The position numbers were made by a program, and so were the translations under genes. This document shows, piece after piece, positions 28,269 through 37,925 of a DNA stretch of 64,000 nt (position 1 is its first letter; each line of letters begins with the position of its first letter). This DNA is from Anaerohalosphaeraceae bacterium. GTDB taxonomy: Bacteria; Planctomycetota; Phycisphaerae; Sedimentisphaerales; Anaerohalosphaeraceae. The stretch covers positions 192,001 to 256,000 of the forward strand of contig CAXXSL010000001.1 of the NCBI GenBank assembly GCA_963675525.2, given 5' to 3'. The notes under the pieces were generated by a model, which searched no databases, was not told the origin of the DNA, and worked only from the letters and a program-made list of their open reading frames with translations.

Positions 28269-30581
28269 ATGAATACATCGAAATGCAGCAGTGATAAGAT
28301 GCATAAATATTTAGATTCTAAATGTCCGGCAAATGAGCGTTTGGAAGATCTTCTTTCTCAAATGACAGTGGAAGAAAAAGTCGCGCAGATGCTCTGCCAG
28401 TGGAATGATGCTGGCCAGACACTTCTTGACGAAAAGGGTGATTTTGACCTTAAAAAGGCAAAGGAAAGTTTCAAGGAGGGTCATGGTCTCGGCCAGTTGG
28501 GTCGGCCCGGAACGCATGGCAAAGGTAAAAGTCCAAAGGAAACTGCTGAACTGACCAATAAGATTCAGGAGTTTTTCATCGAGAACAGTCGACTGGGAAT
28601 TCCTGTTGTGTTTCATGCCGAGTGTCTTCACGGTCTGGCGGCAAAAGATGCGACCAGTTTCTCACAACCGATTGGTTTGGGAGCGACCTTTGACCCGGAT
28701 TTGATTTGTCGGCTTTATGGAATGGCTGCCGAAGAGGCCCGTGCCTGTGGCAACCACCAGGCGCTGACACCAGTCGTCGATGTCGCGCGTGACCCGCGTT
28801 GGGGTCGCGTTGAGGAAACCTATGGCGAAGACCCATATCTTGTAGCATGTATGGGGATGGCTGCTGTTAAGGGGTTTCAGGGGGATGCTGCATTCGCTGA
28901 CAAAAAGCATGTGATCGCAACACTCAAACACTTTGCCGCGCACGGCCAGCCCGAATCAGGCACTAATTGCGCACCGGTTAACGTTTCTACCCGAGTCCTC
29001 CGCGAAGTGTTCTTATATCCCTTTAAAAAAGCAATTCAGGAAGCCGGTGTCATTAGTGTAATGGCTTCCTATAATGAAATTGACGCAGTTCCCTCCCATG
29101 CCAACAAGTGGCTCTTGGATGGTGTCTTGCGTAAGGAGTGGGGGTTCCAGGGGTATGTCGTTTCGGATTATTACGCGATTCGGGAACTTAATGAAAGAGA
29201 AGGTTTCTTTGGTCAGTTTTTGGCTGAAGACGGAAAGCAGGCCGCAAAATTAGCCGTTAATGCCGGTGTCAATATAGAATTACCCGAGCCGGATTGCTAT
29301 CCCGGTCTTGCCGAACTGGTTAAAGAAGGCCACGTCCCGGAGTCTGTGATAGATCAGATGGTTCGCCCGATGCTGGAATGGAAGTTTAAGCTTGGATTAT
29401 TTGATGATCCGTATGTTTGCCCCGACAACGCAGAGAAGGTTGTCGGTTGCAAGCAGCACCGCGATCTGGCACTTGAAGCAGCATGTAAAACCATTACGCT
29501 TCTTAAAAACGACAGTGACCTTGCGCCGATCGATGCATCGAAGGTCAAAACGATTGCCGTCATCGGCCCCAATGCCGACCGCCAAATGCTCGGAGGTTAC
29601 AGCGGCGTTCCCAAACACTGCTCGACGCTGCTGGAGGGTATTCAGGAACATGTTGCCGATTCGATCAAGGTCCTTTATCATGAGGGCTGTAAGATCACGG
29701 TAGGGGGTTCGTGGGCAGAAGACGAAGTGGTTCTCAGCGACCCCCAAAAAGACCGCCAGTCAATTGCCGAGGCAGTGAAAATTGCAGAACAAGCCGATGT
29801 TGTTATTCTTGCTATCGGGGGGAACGAACAGACCTCACGGGAAGCGTATGATGTCAATCATAAGGGTGACCGCACGGACCTTCAAATGGTGGGCCGGCAG
29901 GATGAATTGATCGATGCGATTGCCGCAACAGGAAAACCGACGATCGCGTTTTTGTTCAACGGCCGGCCGCTGGCCGTATGTAATCTAAAGGAAAAGGCCC
30001 AGACGATCTTCGAATGCTGGTATCTTGGACAGGAAACCGGAAAAGCGGTTGCACAGGTCCTGTTCGGCGATGTCAATCCCGGCGGAAAACTCCCGATTAC
30101 GATTCCTCGTTCTGTCGGGCATATCCCGGCTTACTATAATTATAAACCTTCGGCGCGTCGCAGTTATCTTTTTGATGATGTCAGTCCCCTGTATGCCTTT
30201 GGGTATGGCCTAAGCTATACACAATTTGAATTCAGCCAGCTCCGATTGAAAAAAGATGTCATTAAATCAAATGAATCAACAACCGTATCTGTGGAGGTGA
30301 CGAATACAGGCAAACGGGTCGGGGATGAAGTGGTACAAATGTACATTCGCGACTGTTACAGTTCGGTCACCCGTCCTGTCAAAGAACTAAAGGGTTTCCA
30401 GCGGATTACCTTGCAGCCGGGACAGACAAAAACGGTTTCCCTGGACATTACGCCGGAAAAACTGGCCTTTTATAATATGGATATGAAGGATGTGGTCGAG
30501 CCCGGCACATTTCAAATTATGATCGGCAACTCATCGCGTGACGAAGACCTGCAAAAGCTTATCTTAACCGTGGTCGAATAA
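28269..30581 (+). CDS. GH3 beta-xylosidase/beta-glucosidase with Fn3-like C-terminus, no signal peptide
   Basis: SRLGIP, RDPRWGRVEETYGEDP, KHF, VVSDY, FGYGLSYT and RPVKELKGF. Confidence 0.93.
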   Translation: MNTSKCSSDKMHKYLDSKCPANERLEDLLSQMTVEEKVAQMLCQWNDAGQTLLDEKGDFDLKKAKESFKEGHGLGQLGRPGTHGKGKSPKETAELTNKIQEFFIENSRLGIPVVFHAECLHGLAAKDATSFSQPIGLGATFDPDLICRLYGMAAEEARACGNHQALTPVVDVARDPRWGRVEETYGEDPYLVACMGMAAVKGFQGDAAFADKKHVIATLKHFAAHGQPESGTNCAPVNVSTRVLREVFLYPFKKAIQEAGVISVMASYNEIDAVPSHANKWLLDGVLRKEWGFQGYVVSDYYAIRELNEREGFFGQFLAEDGKQAAKLAVNAGVNIELPEPDCYPGLAELVKEGHVPESVIDQMVRPMLEWKFKLGLFDDPYVCPDNAEKVVGCKQHRDLALEAACKTITLLKNDSDLAPIDASKVKTIAVIGPNADRQMLGGYSGVPKHCSTLLEGIQEHVADSIKVLYHEGCKITVGGSWAEDEVVLSDPQKDRQSIAEAVKIAEQADVVILAIGGNEQTSREAYDVNHKGDRTDLQMVGRQDELIDAIAATGKPTIAFLFNGRPLAVCNLKEKAQTIFECWYLGQETGKAVAQVLFGDVNPGGKLPITIPRSVGHIPAYYNYKPSARRSYLFDDVSPLYAFGYGLSYTQFEFSQLRLKKDVIKSNESTTVSVEVTNTGKRVGDEVVQMYIRDCYSSVTRPVKELKGFQRITLQPGQTKTVSLDITPEKLAFYNMDMKDVVEPGTFQIMIGNSSRDEDLQKLILTVVE

Positions 30582-30648
30582 AACGAGGGAAAGAATTTTT
30601 TACCTTCCTGCCTCGGAAAAGCGAAAACAATAAACTCGGGAGGAATCT

Positions 30649-33600
30649 ATGGACAGATTACATATCGGAAAAAAGTTTCTGAAAAATCGGCGATATTCTC
30701 TCATGATGACATTCGGTAAAATGTTATTTATTTTCTTTGTCTGCTTTTTCTCTTCTGCGTCTACGTGTTTTTCGGTGGGCGAGAAGCGCTATGTCAGTGA
30801 TGTTTACAGTGATGGCGGTTTTTGCCTTGCGCAGAAAAATGATCTTGCGACTCTCTATGTGGATTCGGAAGATGAGGCTGGTGTCGTACGGGCCGTCAAG
30901 GATTTACAGGCTGATATTGGCCGTGTGACAGGGCAGATACCGAAAGTCGTCAATAAAGAGGCTGAACTTGGCAACAATATGGTGATCATCGGTACGATTG
31001 GGAAAAGCGACCTGATCGACCGGCTTATCAAGGCCGGGAAAATTGACGTGATGCAAATCACCGGAAAATGGGAGTCCTTTCTCATTCAGGCCGTGCCGAA
31101 TCCGGTGCCCGGTGTCGCCCATGGACTGGTTATTGCCGGCAGTGACAAACGCGGGACGATTTACGGCATCTATGACCTGTCCGAACAAATCGGCGTTTCG
31201 CCGTGGTACTGGTGGGCGGATGTACCAGTCCAAAAGAAAGATACGATTTATATCAAACCGGGACGCTATATCCAGGGGCCGCCCGCCGTCAAATATCGCG
31301 GTATCTTTCTGAATGATGAGGGATTTGCTCTAAGCCCTTGGGTTAATGAAAAATTCGGCGATTACAACGCCGAGTTTTATACGAAGGTATTCGAATTATT
31401 GCTGCGTCTGAAATCGAATTTTCTGTGGCCTGCGATGTGGGATAATGGCTTTGCTGATGATGACCCGCTTAACGCAAAATTAGCCGACGAGTACGGCATT
31501 GTCATGGGCACGTCACATCACGAGCCGATGAACCGCGCGCATAAGGAGTGGAAACGATATGGAGAAGGCCCGTGGGACTATTCTAAAAACGCCGAAGTGC
31601 TTCATGATTTCTGGGAAAAGGGGATCCGGCGGAGCAAGGATTACGAAACCATCATTACGCTTGCAATGCGAGGCGACGGTGATACCGGCATGAGCGAAAA
31701 TACAAATATTGCATTACTCGAACAAATTGTGACCGACCAGCGCAAAATTATCAGTGACGTTATGGGTGAAGACTTGAGCAGCATTCCGCAGGTATGGGCG
31801 CTCTATAAAGAAGTGCAGGATTATTACGATAAAGGCATGCGGGTGCCGGACGATGTGACTTTATTATTGTGCGATGATAACTGGGGCAATGTCCGAATGC
31901 TGCCCGCCACTGATGCAGCGCCGCGGCAGGGCGGCTACGGGATGTATTATCATTTTGATTTTTATGGTGGGCCGAGAAGTTATATCTGGCTCAATACAAA
32001 CCCCATTTCCCGGATATGGGAGCAGATGCATTTGTCGTATTGCCACGGCGTCGACCGGATTTGGATTGTCAACGTAGGGGATTTAAAGCCGATGGAATTT
32101 CCCATCTCGTTTTTCCTCAATTATGCGTTGGCACCCGATGAATGGCCCGCAAAACGTTTGCCGGAATATACCCGTCAATGGGCACAGCAGCAGTTCGGCC
32201 CTGAACACGCCGAGGCAATCGCCGACATCCTTTCCAAATACACGAAATACAACGGCCGAAAAAAACCTGAAATGCTGGCCCCCGACACCTATAACCTCGT
32301 GGATTATCGTGAGGCTGAAACGGTCATAGCGGATTACACGAAACTCGTGGAAAAAGCCGAGCAGGTCGGCAAGGCGTTGCCCGCCCAATACAGGGACGCT
32401 TATTTCCAACTGGTGCTGCATCCGGTACTGGCTTGTGCGAATCTCAATGAGCTGAAAGTGACTGTCGGCCAAAACCATCTTTATGCAAAGCAGGGCAGGG
32501 CGGCCGCTAACACATTAGCCGAAAAGGTAAAAGCATTGTTCGAAAAGGATTCCGAAATTACCGACCGCTATCATAAACTTGCCGGCGGCAAGTGGAATCA
32601 TATGATGGACCAGGCGCATATCAGTTTCACGATCTGGAGTTCACCGCCCAAAGATGTGATGCCCGAGGTCAAAACAGTTGAACTGTCTGCTGCCGCCGAT
32701 ATGGGCGTCGCGATTGAAGGCTCGGCAGAATGGTGGCCCGAGTCGGAAAAGGAAGCCCTCCTGCCCGAATTCGACACGTACAATCGCCAGGTGTACTATA
32801 TCGAAGTGTTTAATCGCGGCCAGGCTCCTTTCGGATATACGGTTGAAACGTCACAGCCCTGGCTGCAGGTGATTCCCGAAAAGGGGAACATCGAAATACA
32901 GCAGCGGATCAATGTTAGTGTGGATTGGGATAAAGTCCCTGCCGGTACACAGAACGCTTTAATAAAAATCATCGGCCCCGATACAAAGAGTGTAACCGTT
33001 CAGGCCGTTGTAAAAAATCCCGAATCTCCGAAACGCGATGAACTCAAAGGTTTCGTTGAGAGCAACGGTTACGTTTCCATTGAGGCTGAGCATTATACCA
33101 GTGCGGTTAATGCAGACCCTGTCAAATGGCTCACGATTCCCGATCTGGGTCGAACGCTTTCAGGTATCACACCCATGCCGGTGACGGCCAAAAGTCAAAC
33201 GCCGCAGGGCAACAGCCCGCGACTGGAATATACGATACACTTTTTCAGCAGCGGCGATGTCGAAGTGAACGCGTATCTGTCCCCCACTCAGAACTTTAAA
33301 AAGGCACAAGGACTGCGTTATGCGATTTCATTTGATAACCAACCGCTGCAAATCATTAACATCCACGAGAAAGACACGGTGCCCGACTGGAAATATCCTG
33401 CCGAGTGGAATCAAGCGGTGAGTGATAATATCAAGATAACGACTTCAAAACACGAAATCAAAGAACCGGGTGAGCATGTTCTGAAATTCTGGATGGTCGA
33501 TCCCGGCATTGTGCTGCAGAAACTCGTCGTGGATGCCGGTGGTCTTAAGCCAAGTTATCTGGGTCCGCCGGAAAGTTATCGCGCCAGCGTCTCAACTGCA

Positions 33601-34815
33601 GATAACACCGTGTGTTCAATTTTCAAAGGTGCTTACGAAACCGGGGTGTTTCGCAATCTATTCGTCGAAATCGGCTATCCCTCAGAGGTTGTAACCGCCA
33701 AAGTCAATGCGGCCTATATGCAATTGTTTCACGGCGACCCGGAATCAGAGGCGGTTTATTTTGACGTGGGCAAGAATGACAACGGGCCGCTTGCCTATAT
33801 CTGCGATATCAACAACAACGATGTACGTTCAGAGGGTATGTCGTACGGCATGATGATAGCCGTACAACTGGATAAGAAAGCGGAGTTTGATGCATTATGG
33901 AACTGGGCCAAAACATATATGTACCATGATTCACCGAGCCATCCGGCTTATGGCTATTTTTCCTGGTCGATGAAAACCGATGGAACACCCAATGATGAAA
34001 TGCCCGCTCCGGACGGCGAAGAATATTTCGCAACGGCGCTGTATTTTGCCGCTGCACGCTGGGGCAATGGCAGCGGTATCTATGATTACAAAGTACACGC
34101 GGACCGACTTTTAAGCGACATGAAAAACCGAAAAACCATTACCGCATCGACTGTAACCTCTAAAGGTCCCATGACCGGTATCAACCTGTTTGACACGGAG
34201 CACAGAATGGTGCGTTTTACTTCTGATAAAATAAACGCCCAACACACCGATCCGTCGTATCATCTGCCCGCATTTTATGAACTGTGGGCACTATGGGGGC
34301 CTAAGGCGGATCGACCGTTCTGGGCAGAAGCGGCCGTCGTGAGCCGTAATTTTTTTCACAGTGCAGCGCACCGGAACACCGGCCTTGCCCCGGAATATGC
34401 CAATTTTGACGGGTCTCCCTGGGCCGCACCATGGAAACCGGATGCCGTCCATTTCCAGTTTGATTCCTGGCGGACGGCGATGAACTGGTCATTCGACTGG
34501 GCCTGGTGGGCCAAAGACGAAAGAGCAAGAGAACGAAGCGACCGCTTGCAGGCGTTTTTTGAATCCAAAGGAATGTCTGATTACGGAAACCGTTTTACCC
34601 TCGAAGGCAATCCCATCGGCAATGATCGTTCGACCGGATTGGTGGCAATGAATGCGACGGCCTCTCTGGCGGCAACCCATCCGCGCGCTCAAAAATTTGT
34701 GCGGGCGTTGTGGGATGCGCCGATTCCGACGGGACAATACCGCTACTACGACGGCATGTTATATATGATGGCCATGCTGCACTGTAGCGGGAACTACCGC
34801 ATCTGGTCTCCGTGA
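30649..34815 (+). CDS. GH115 alpha-glucuronidase - GH8 xylanase/exo-oligoxylanase fusion
   Basis: GH115 motifs: GSDKRGTIYG, YRGIFLNDE, LWPAMW, GTSHHEPM, DDNWGN, NVGDLKP, LGPPES. GH8 motifs: DVRSEGMSYGM, PAPDGEEYF, TDPSYHLPAFY, RYYDG. Confidence 0.9.
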   Translation: MDRLHIGKKFLKNRRYSLMMTFGKMLFIFFVCFFSSASTCFSVGEKRYVSDVYSDGGFCLAQKNDLATLYVDSEDEAGVVRAVKDLQADIGRVTGQIPKVVNKEAELGNNMVIIGTIGKSDLIDRLIKAGKIDVMQITGKWESFLIQAVPNPVPGVAHGLVIAGSDKRGTIYGIYDLSEQIGVSPWYWWADVPVQKKDTIYIKPGRYIQGPPAVKYRGIFLNDEGFALSPWVNEKFGDYNAEFYTKVFELLLRLKSNFLWPAMWDNGFADDDPLNAKLADEYGIVMGTSHHEPMNRAHKEWKRYGEGPWDYSKNAEVLHDFWEKGIRRSKDYETIITLAMRGDGDTGMSENTNIALLEQIVTDQRKIISDVMGEDLSSIPQVWALYKEVQDYYDKGMRVPDDVTLLLCDDNWGNVRMLPATDAAPRQGGYGMYYHFDFYGGPRSYIWLNTNPISRIWEQMHLSYCHGVDRIWIVNVGDLKPMEFPISFFLNYALAPDEWPAKRLPEYTRQWAQQQFGPEHAEAIADILSKYTKYNGRKKPEMLAPDTYNLVDYREAETVIADYTKLVEKAEQVGKALPAQYRDAYFQLVLHPVLACANLNELKVTVGQNHLYAKQGRAAANTLAEKVKALFEKDSEITDRYHKLAGGKWNHMMDQAHISFTIWSSPPKDVMPEVKTVELSAAADMGVAIEGSAEWWPESEKEALLPEFDTYNRQVYYIEVFNRGQAPFGYTVETSQPWLQVIPEKGNIEIQQRINVSVDWDKVPAGTQNALIKIIGPDTKSVTVQAVVKNPESPKRDELKGFVESNGYVSIEAEHYTSAVNADPVKWLTIPDLGRTLSGITPMPVTAKSQTPQGNSPRLEYTIHFFSSGDVEVNAYLSPTQNFKKAQGLRYAISFDNQPLQIINIHEKDTVPDWKYPAEWNQAVSDNIKITTSKHEIKEPGEHVLKFWMVDPGIVLQKLVVDAGGLKPSYLGPPESYRASVSTADNTVCSIFKGAYETGVFRNLFVEIGYPSEVVTAKVNAAYMQLFHGDPESEAVYFDVGKNDNGPLAYICDINNNDVRSEGMSYGMMIAVQLDKKAEFDALWNWAKTYMYHDSPSHPAYGYFSWSMKTDGTPNDEMPAPDGEEYFATALYFAAARWGNGSGIYDYKVHADRLLSDMKNRKTITASTVTSKGPMTGINLFDTEHRMVRFTSDKINAQHTDPSYHLPAFYELWALWGPKADRPFWAEAAVVSRNFFHSAAHRNTGLAPEYANFDGSPWAAPWKPDAVHFQFDSWRTAMNWSFDWAWWAKDERARERSDRLQAFFESKGMSDYGNRFTLEGNPIGNDRSTGLVAMNATASLAATHPRAQKFVRALWDAPIPTGQYRYYDGMLYMMAMLHCSGNYRIWSP

Positions 34816-34956
34816 ATCAGTTTCTAAAATACAGTTATTTATGCAGATCAATGAGTGATATACTCTCATAGCAACGGGGATAGAAAACAGGGCCAAACCA
34901 CATCCATATCAGTCAGACCGAAGACCTCTTGCTGGAGATGGTTATTTGCCTGTTCG

Positions 34957-37362
34957 TTACATTCCCGTGAGCCACCACTGGGCAAAGTCCGCCAAATCCT
35001 CTAAATCAACATCATTGTCAAGATCGATATCGCCTGGAATTGGTTTTTCAGAAATCGCCTGTACCGAGGCACTTGAACCGTATTCCAAAACAAACGTACC
35101 GCCGCCGGAAGGAAAAAACCCCGTTTGTTCGCAACTGGGCCGGACGCGAAGCAGCGGATCGGTGTTCTGCCATGGGTAGCTCCCGTCACCGTCAACCGTA
35201 ACAGGGCCAATGTAATATAAAAGATCAGTGCCGGGAATCGTCGATACAAAATTAAAGGCCAGGTTCGCCCCGATCGTGAAATCGAAAATTCCCTCGTTCT
35301 GGCTTGTCTTGCTGAGTGTCATCTGACCCATGGAAGGAAAGTATGGGTCCGGCGTTAGCGTCACATCGAAAAACGATTCGGTCATGCCGCCGCTGAAAGT
35401 TACGCGAACAGGTTCGGTGCTGACCAGGTTCAATTCGACCAGTTCAATATCGATTGGCGCCGGCGGGTCGAACGTCTCGGCGTCCTCCATTCGCTCAATA
35501 ACCGTATCGGCCAGGTTCGTGGATGGGTTAACTGGTTTTCCTTTCATGGCAATGATACCATCAAAGGGGTCGGAGCCGGGGCCGAAATAATCGGCAGGCA
35601 GCGGTCCAAAGGGCGGTGCGCCGAAATCAAATTCGGCTGAATAGGTCAGCCAGTAGTCAATACCCGCCGGCACAGGAAGAAAGTATGACGTTTCACAAGT
35701 CCGAATTCGAATCGTTCCGGTTGTCGTTCCTGTATAGCCGTCGAGTTGACTTCCGGGTGCCCCGGTAAATTCGATCTCGTATGTAATGTCAAAGAAACTG
35801 TCCACGGCAAAATCACCGCTGGGCAATTCCGTCAGAGTCGTCTGACCCGAACTGGGCAGGCCCAGGTCGGTGCCTGCGCGGAAGCGTAATATGTTAAAAT
35901 CCGGGTCGCCCAATAGTTCACCCTGCAGGCGGAACCAATCCGCGTCGAACGTTTGTACAGGGTCTCCGGGATTACGTGGGCCGGTATGGACTTCGCAGGT
36001 GATGGGAATAGAGAGACTGCGGTTGTAGCCCGCCAGGCTTCCGGTACCGTAAAGCGGAGCATCAAACGTGGCGTCAAATTGCTGGACCTGGCCGCCAAGA
36101 GAGCCTCCGGCAAAACGAAAGATATTCAAAAAGTCCTTGATAACGCCGTCGATTTCCATGGTGGTTCCGGGTGGCAGACCGTCTATGATATGGTACGTAT
36201 CATCATAGCCTGCGTATGTACACCCTACGGGAGGTAAGTCTGCGGTACCGGTACCATTATCGGGTACGATACAACAGTAAGCAAGGACTGTCATCTTACC
36301 GGCATTGCTGCTGGCGTAACCATCTTCTGAGCCGTCACTGCCGTAACCGGCATTTTTATCACAGTACAGCCAGGTCGTTCCCGTATCAGCTGAAAAGCGA
36401 TAGGCGTAATCATAATCACCGGGACTGCCCGGTGTTGTAAGTGTTCCCATATATTCATCATTGCCCGGCTCGGAAGCATCGTTCCATGCAGGATTAATCG
36501 TTGCCGAAGTCCAGACCCATGATGCGTCCGTCGATGGATCCGTACCCACAGTCCCGTAGCCGACTCCGGCCTCAAGATACACGGACGGATCACTGCCGCT
36601 GGTTCGGGTTGTGATTCCCGGCGCATACACGTGTCCATAGACAGTCACGCCGGTTCCGCTGGTTTCTTCAATCGTTAAAGGCCATTGCAGCCGGCCCCAG
36701 TCAGCGCTGTACGCATCGGTCTTCACATGAATGGTTCCGGTTGTCGTTCCTGCGTATCCGTCGAGCGGGCTCCCAGGTGCCCCGGTAAATTCGATCTCAT
36801 AGGTAATGTCAAAGAAACTGTCCACGGCAAAATCACCGCTGGGCAATTCCGTCAAACTGGTCTGGCCCGGACCGGGCGGACTTAAAGATGGATCGAGACG
36901 AAGGCGAAAATAATCGAAATCCGGGTCGCCGCCAAATTCACAATTCAGGTATATGAAATCCGAGTCGAACGTTTGCACGGGGTCTCCGGGATTTCGTGGG
37001 CCCGTATGAACTTCGCAGACCATGGGGATAGATAGAGTGCGATTGTAGCCCGCCAGGCTCCCTGTGCCATAAAGCGGGGCGTCAAAAGTGGCCTCAAATT
37101 GCTGGATCTCACCGCCAAGAGTGCCGCCGCCAGTACGAACGACATTGATAAAGTTCCTGATCACGCCTTCGATTTCAATCGTGGTTCCGGGTGGCAGACC
37201 GTCTATGATGTGGTACGTGTCAGTATAGCTTGCGTACGTGCAGCCATCGGGAGGAAGGTTTGCGGTACCCGACCCGTTATCCGGCACGGTGCAGCAGTAA
37301 GCCGGGATTGTCAATAAACAAAGCGAAACGATGAACACATGAAAGAAATGGTTGCGTTTCAT
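34957..37362 (-). CDS. Secreted protein with duplicated ~193-aa 'SFFD' domain and C-terminal dockerin-like repeat; function unknown
   Basis: Signal peptide, two YCC.VPDNG.GTA.LPP...DFAVDSFFDITY units and C-terminal GDIDLDNDVDLEDL...WL. Confidence 0.8.
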   Translation of the reverse strand: MKRNHFFHVFIVSLCLLTIPAYCCTVPDNGSGTANLPPDGCTYASYTDTYHIIDGLPPGTTIEIEGVIRNFINVVRTGGGTLGGEIQQFEATFDAPLYGTGSLAGYNRTLSIPMVCEVHTGPRNPGDPVQTFDSDFIYLNCEFGGDPDFDYFRLRLDPSLSPPGPGQTSLTELPSGDFAVDSFFDITYEIEFTGAPGSPLDGYAGTTTGTIHVKTDAYSADWGRLQWPLTIEETSGTGVTVYGHVYAPGITTRTSGSDPSVYLEAGVGYGTVGTDPSTDASWVWTSATINPAWNDASEPGNDEYMGTLTTPGSPGDYDYAYRFSADTGTTWLYCDKNAGYGSDGSEDGYASSNAGKMTVLAYCCIVPDNGTGTADLPPVGCTYAGYDDTYHIIDGLPPGTTMEIDGVIKDFLNIFRFAGGSLGGQVQQFDATFDAPLYGTGSLAGYNRSLSIPITCEVHTGPRNPGDPVQTFDADWFRLQGELLGDPDFNILRFRAGTDLGLPSSGQTTLTELPSGDFAVDSFFDITYEIEFTGAPGSQLDGYTGTTTGTIRIRTCETSYFLPVPAGIDYWLTYSAEFDFGAPPFGPLPADYFGPGSDPFDGIIAMKGKPVNPSTNLADTVIERMEDAETFDPPAPIDIELVELNLVSTEPVRVTFSGGMTESFFDVTLTPDPYFPSMGQMTLSKTSQNEGIFDFTIGANLAFNFVSTIPGTDLLYYIGPVTVDGDGSYPWQNTDPLLRVRPSCEQTGFFPSGGGTFVLEYGSSASVQAISEKPIPGDIDLDNDVDLEDLADFAQWWLTGM
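35700..37299 (-). repeat. Intragenic direct duplication (about 580 bp, copies at 35700-36279 and 36720-37299)
   Basis: Long identical blocks offset by exactly 1020 bp, e.g. GTAATGTCAAAGAAACTGTCCACGGCAAAATCACCGCTGGGCAATTCCGTCA. Confidence 0.85.
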
Positions 37363-37507
37363 TTTTTGGCCTCCTTAAAGAAAAATGAATCATAAATACA
37401 GGACAGAACATTATCCGTACTTTTTCACATACCTTTTAACATTGTATCTGATGCGATTCTCTTCGAAGGTGATGATGCTTCAAGATGCCTGAAACGCTGA
37501 TTACTAA

Positions 37508-37536
37508 ATTCTATCGCCTTTTTTCCTTTTTGTCAA
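37508..37536 (-). promoter_or_regulatory. Sigma70-type promoter
   Basis: Minus strand TTGACA-17 bp-TAGAAT upstream of the 801-aa gene. Confidence 0.65.
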
Positions 37537-37925
37537 GAAAAAGAAGGTCATATAGGGTCCGGAACCCGTCGATATGGGCCCTATAATGGACATAATCAAC
37601 GCTGTTGATAGAAAAAATTTTCATTGGGCCTGTATCAACGGGTGCAAAAAAAACGGGGATTGCATCGGTTTAGATGAAAACAAAGCTAATATTTGATAAC
37701 GCCGTCGCCGGCAGTGGTGTTTGTGACTTATTTCTCATATCTCTGCCACACGATGGTTTACACTGTTGCTGTCATTCAGATCAAAATTGAGCGGTGTTCC
37801 TGTCATCGGATGTTGCAATAAACCTTTGATGCCGGAACGTTTGATAATCTGATGGTTATAGTTTTAAAATATGATATATTAACGCTATTCAAGTAAATGA
37901 GGTATATTTGATTTGGAGAACCCAA

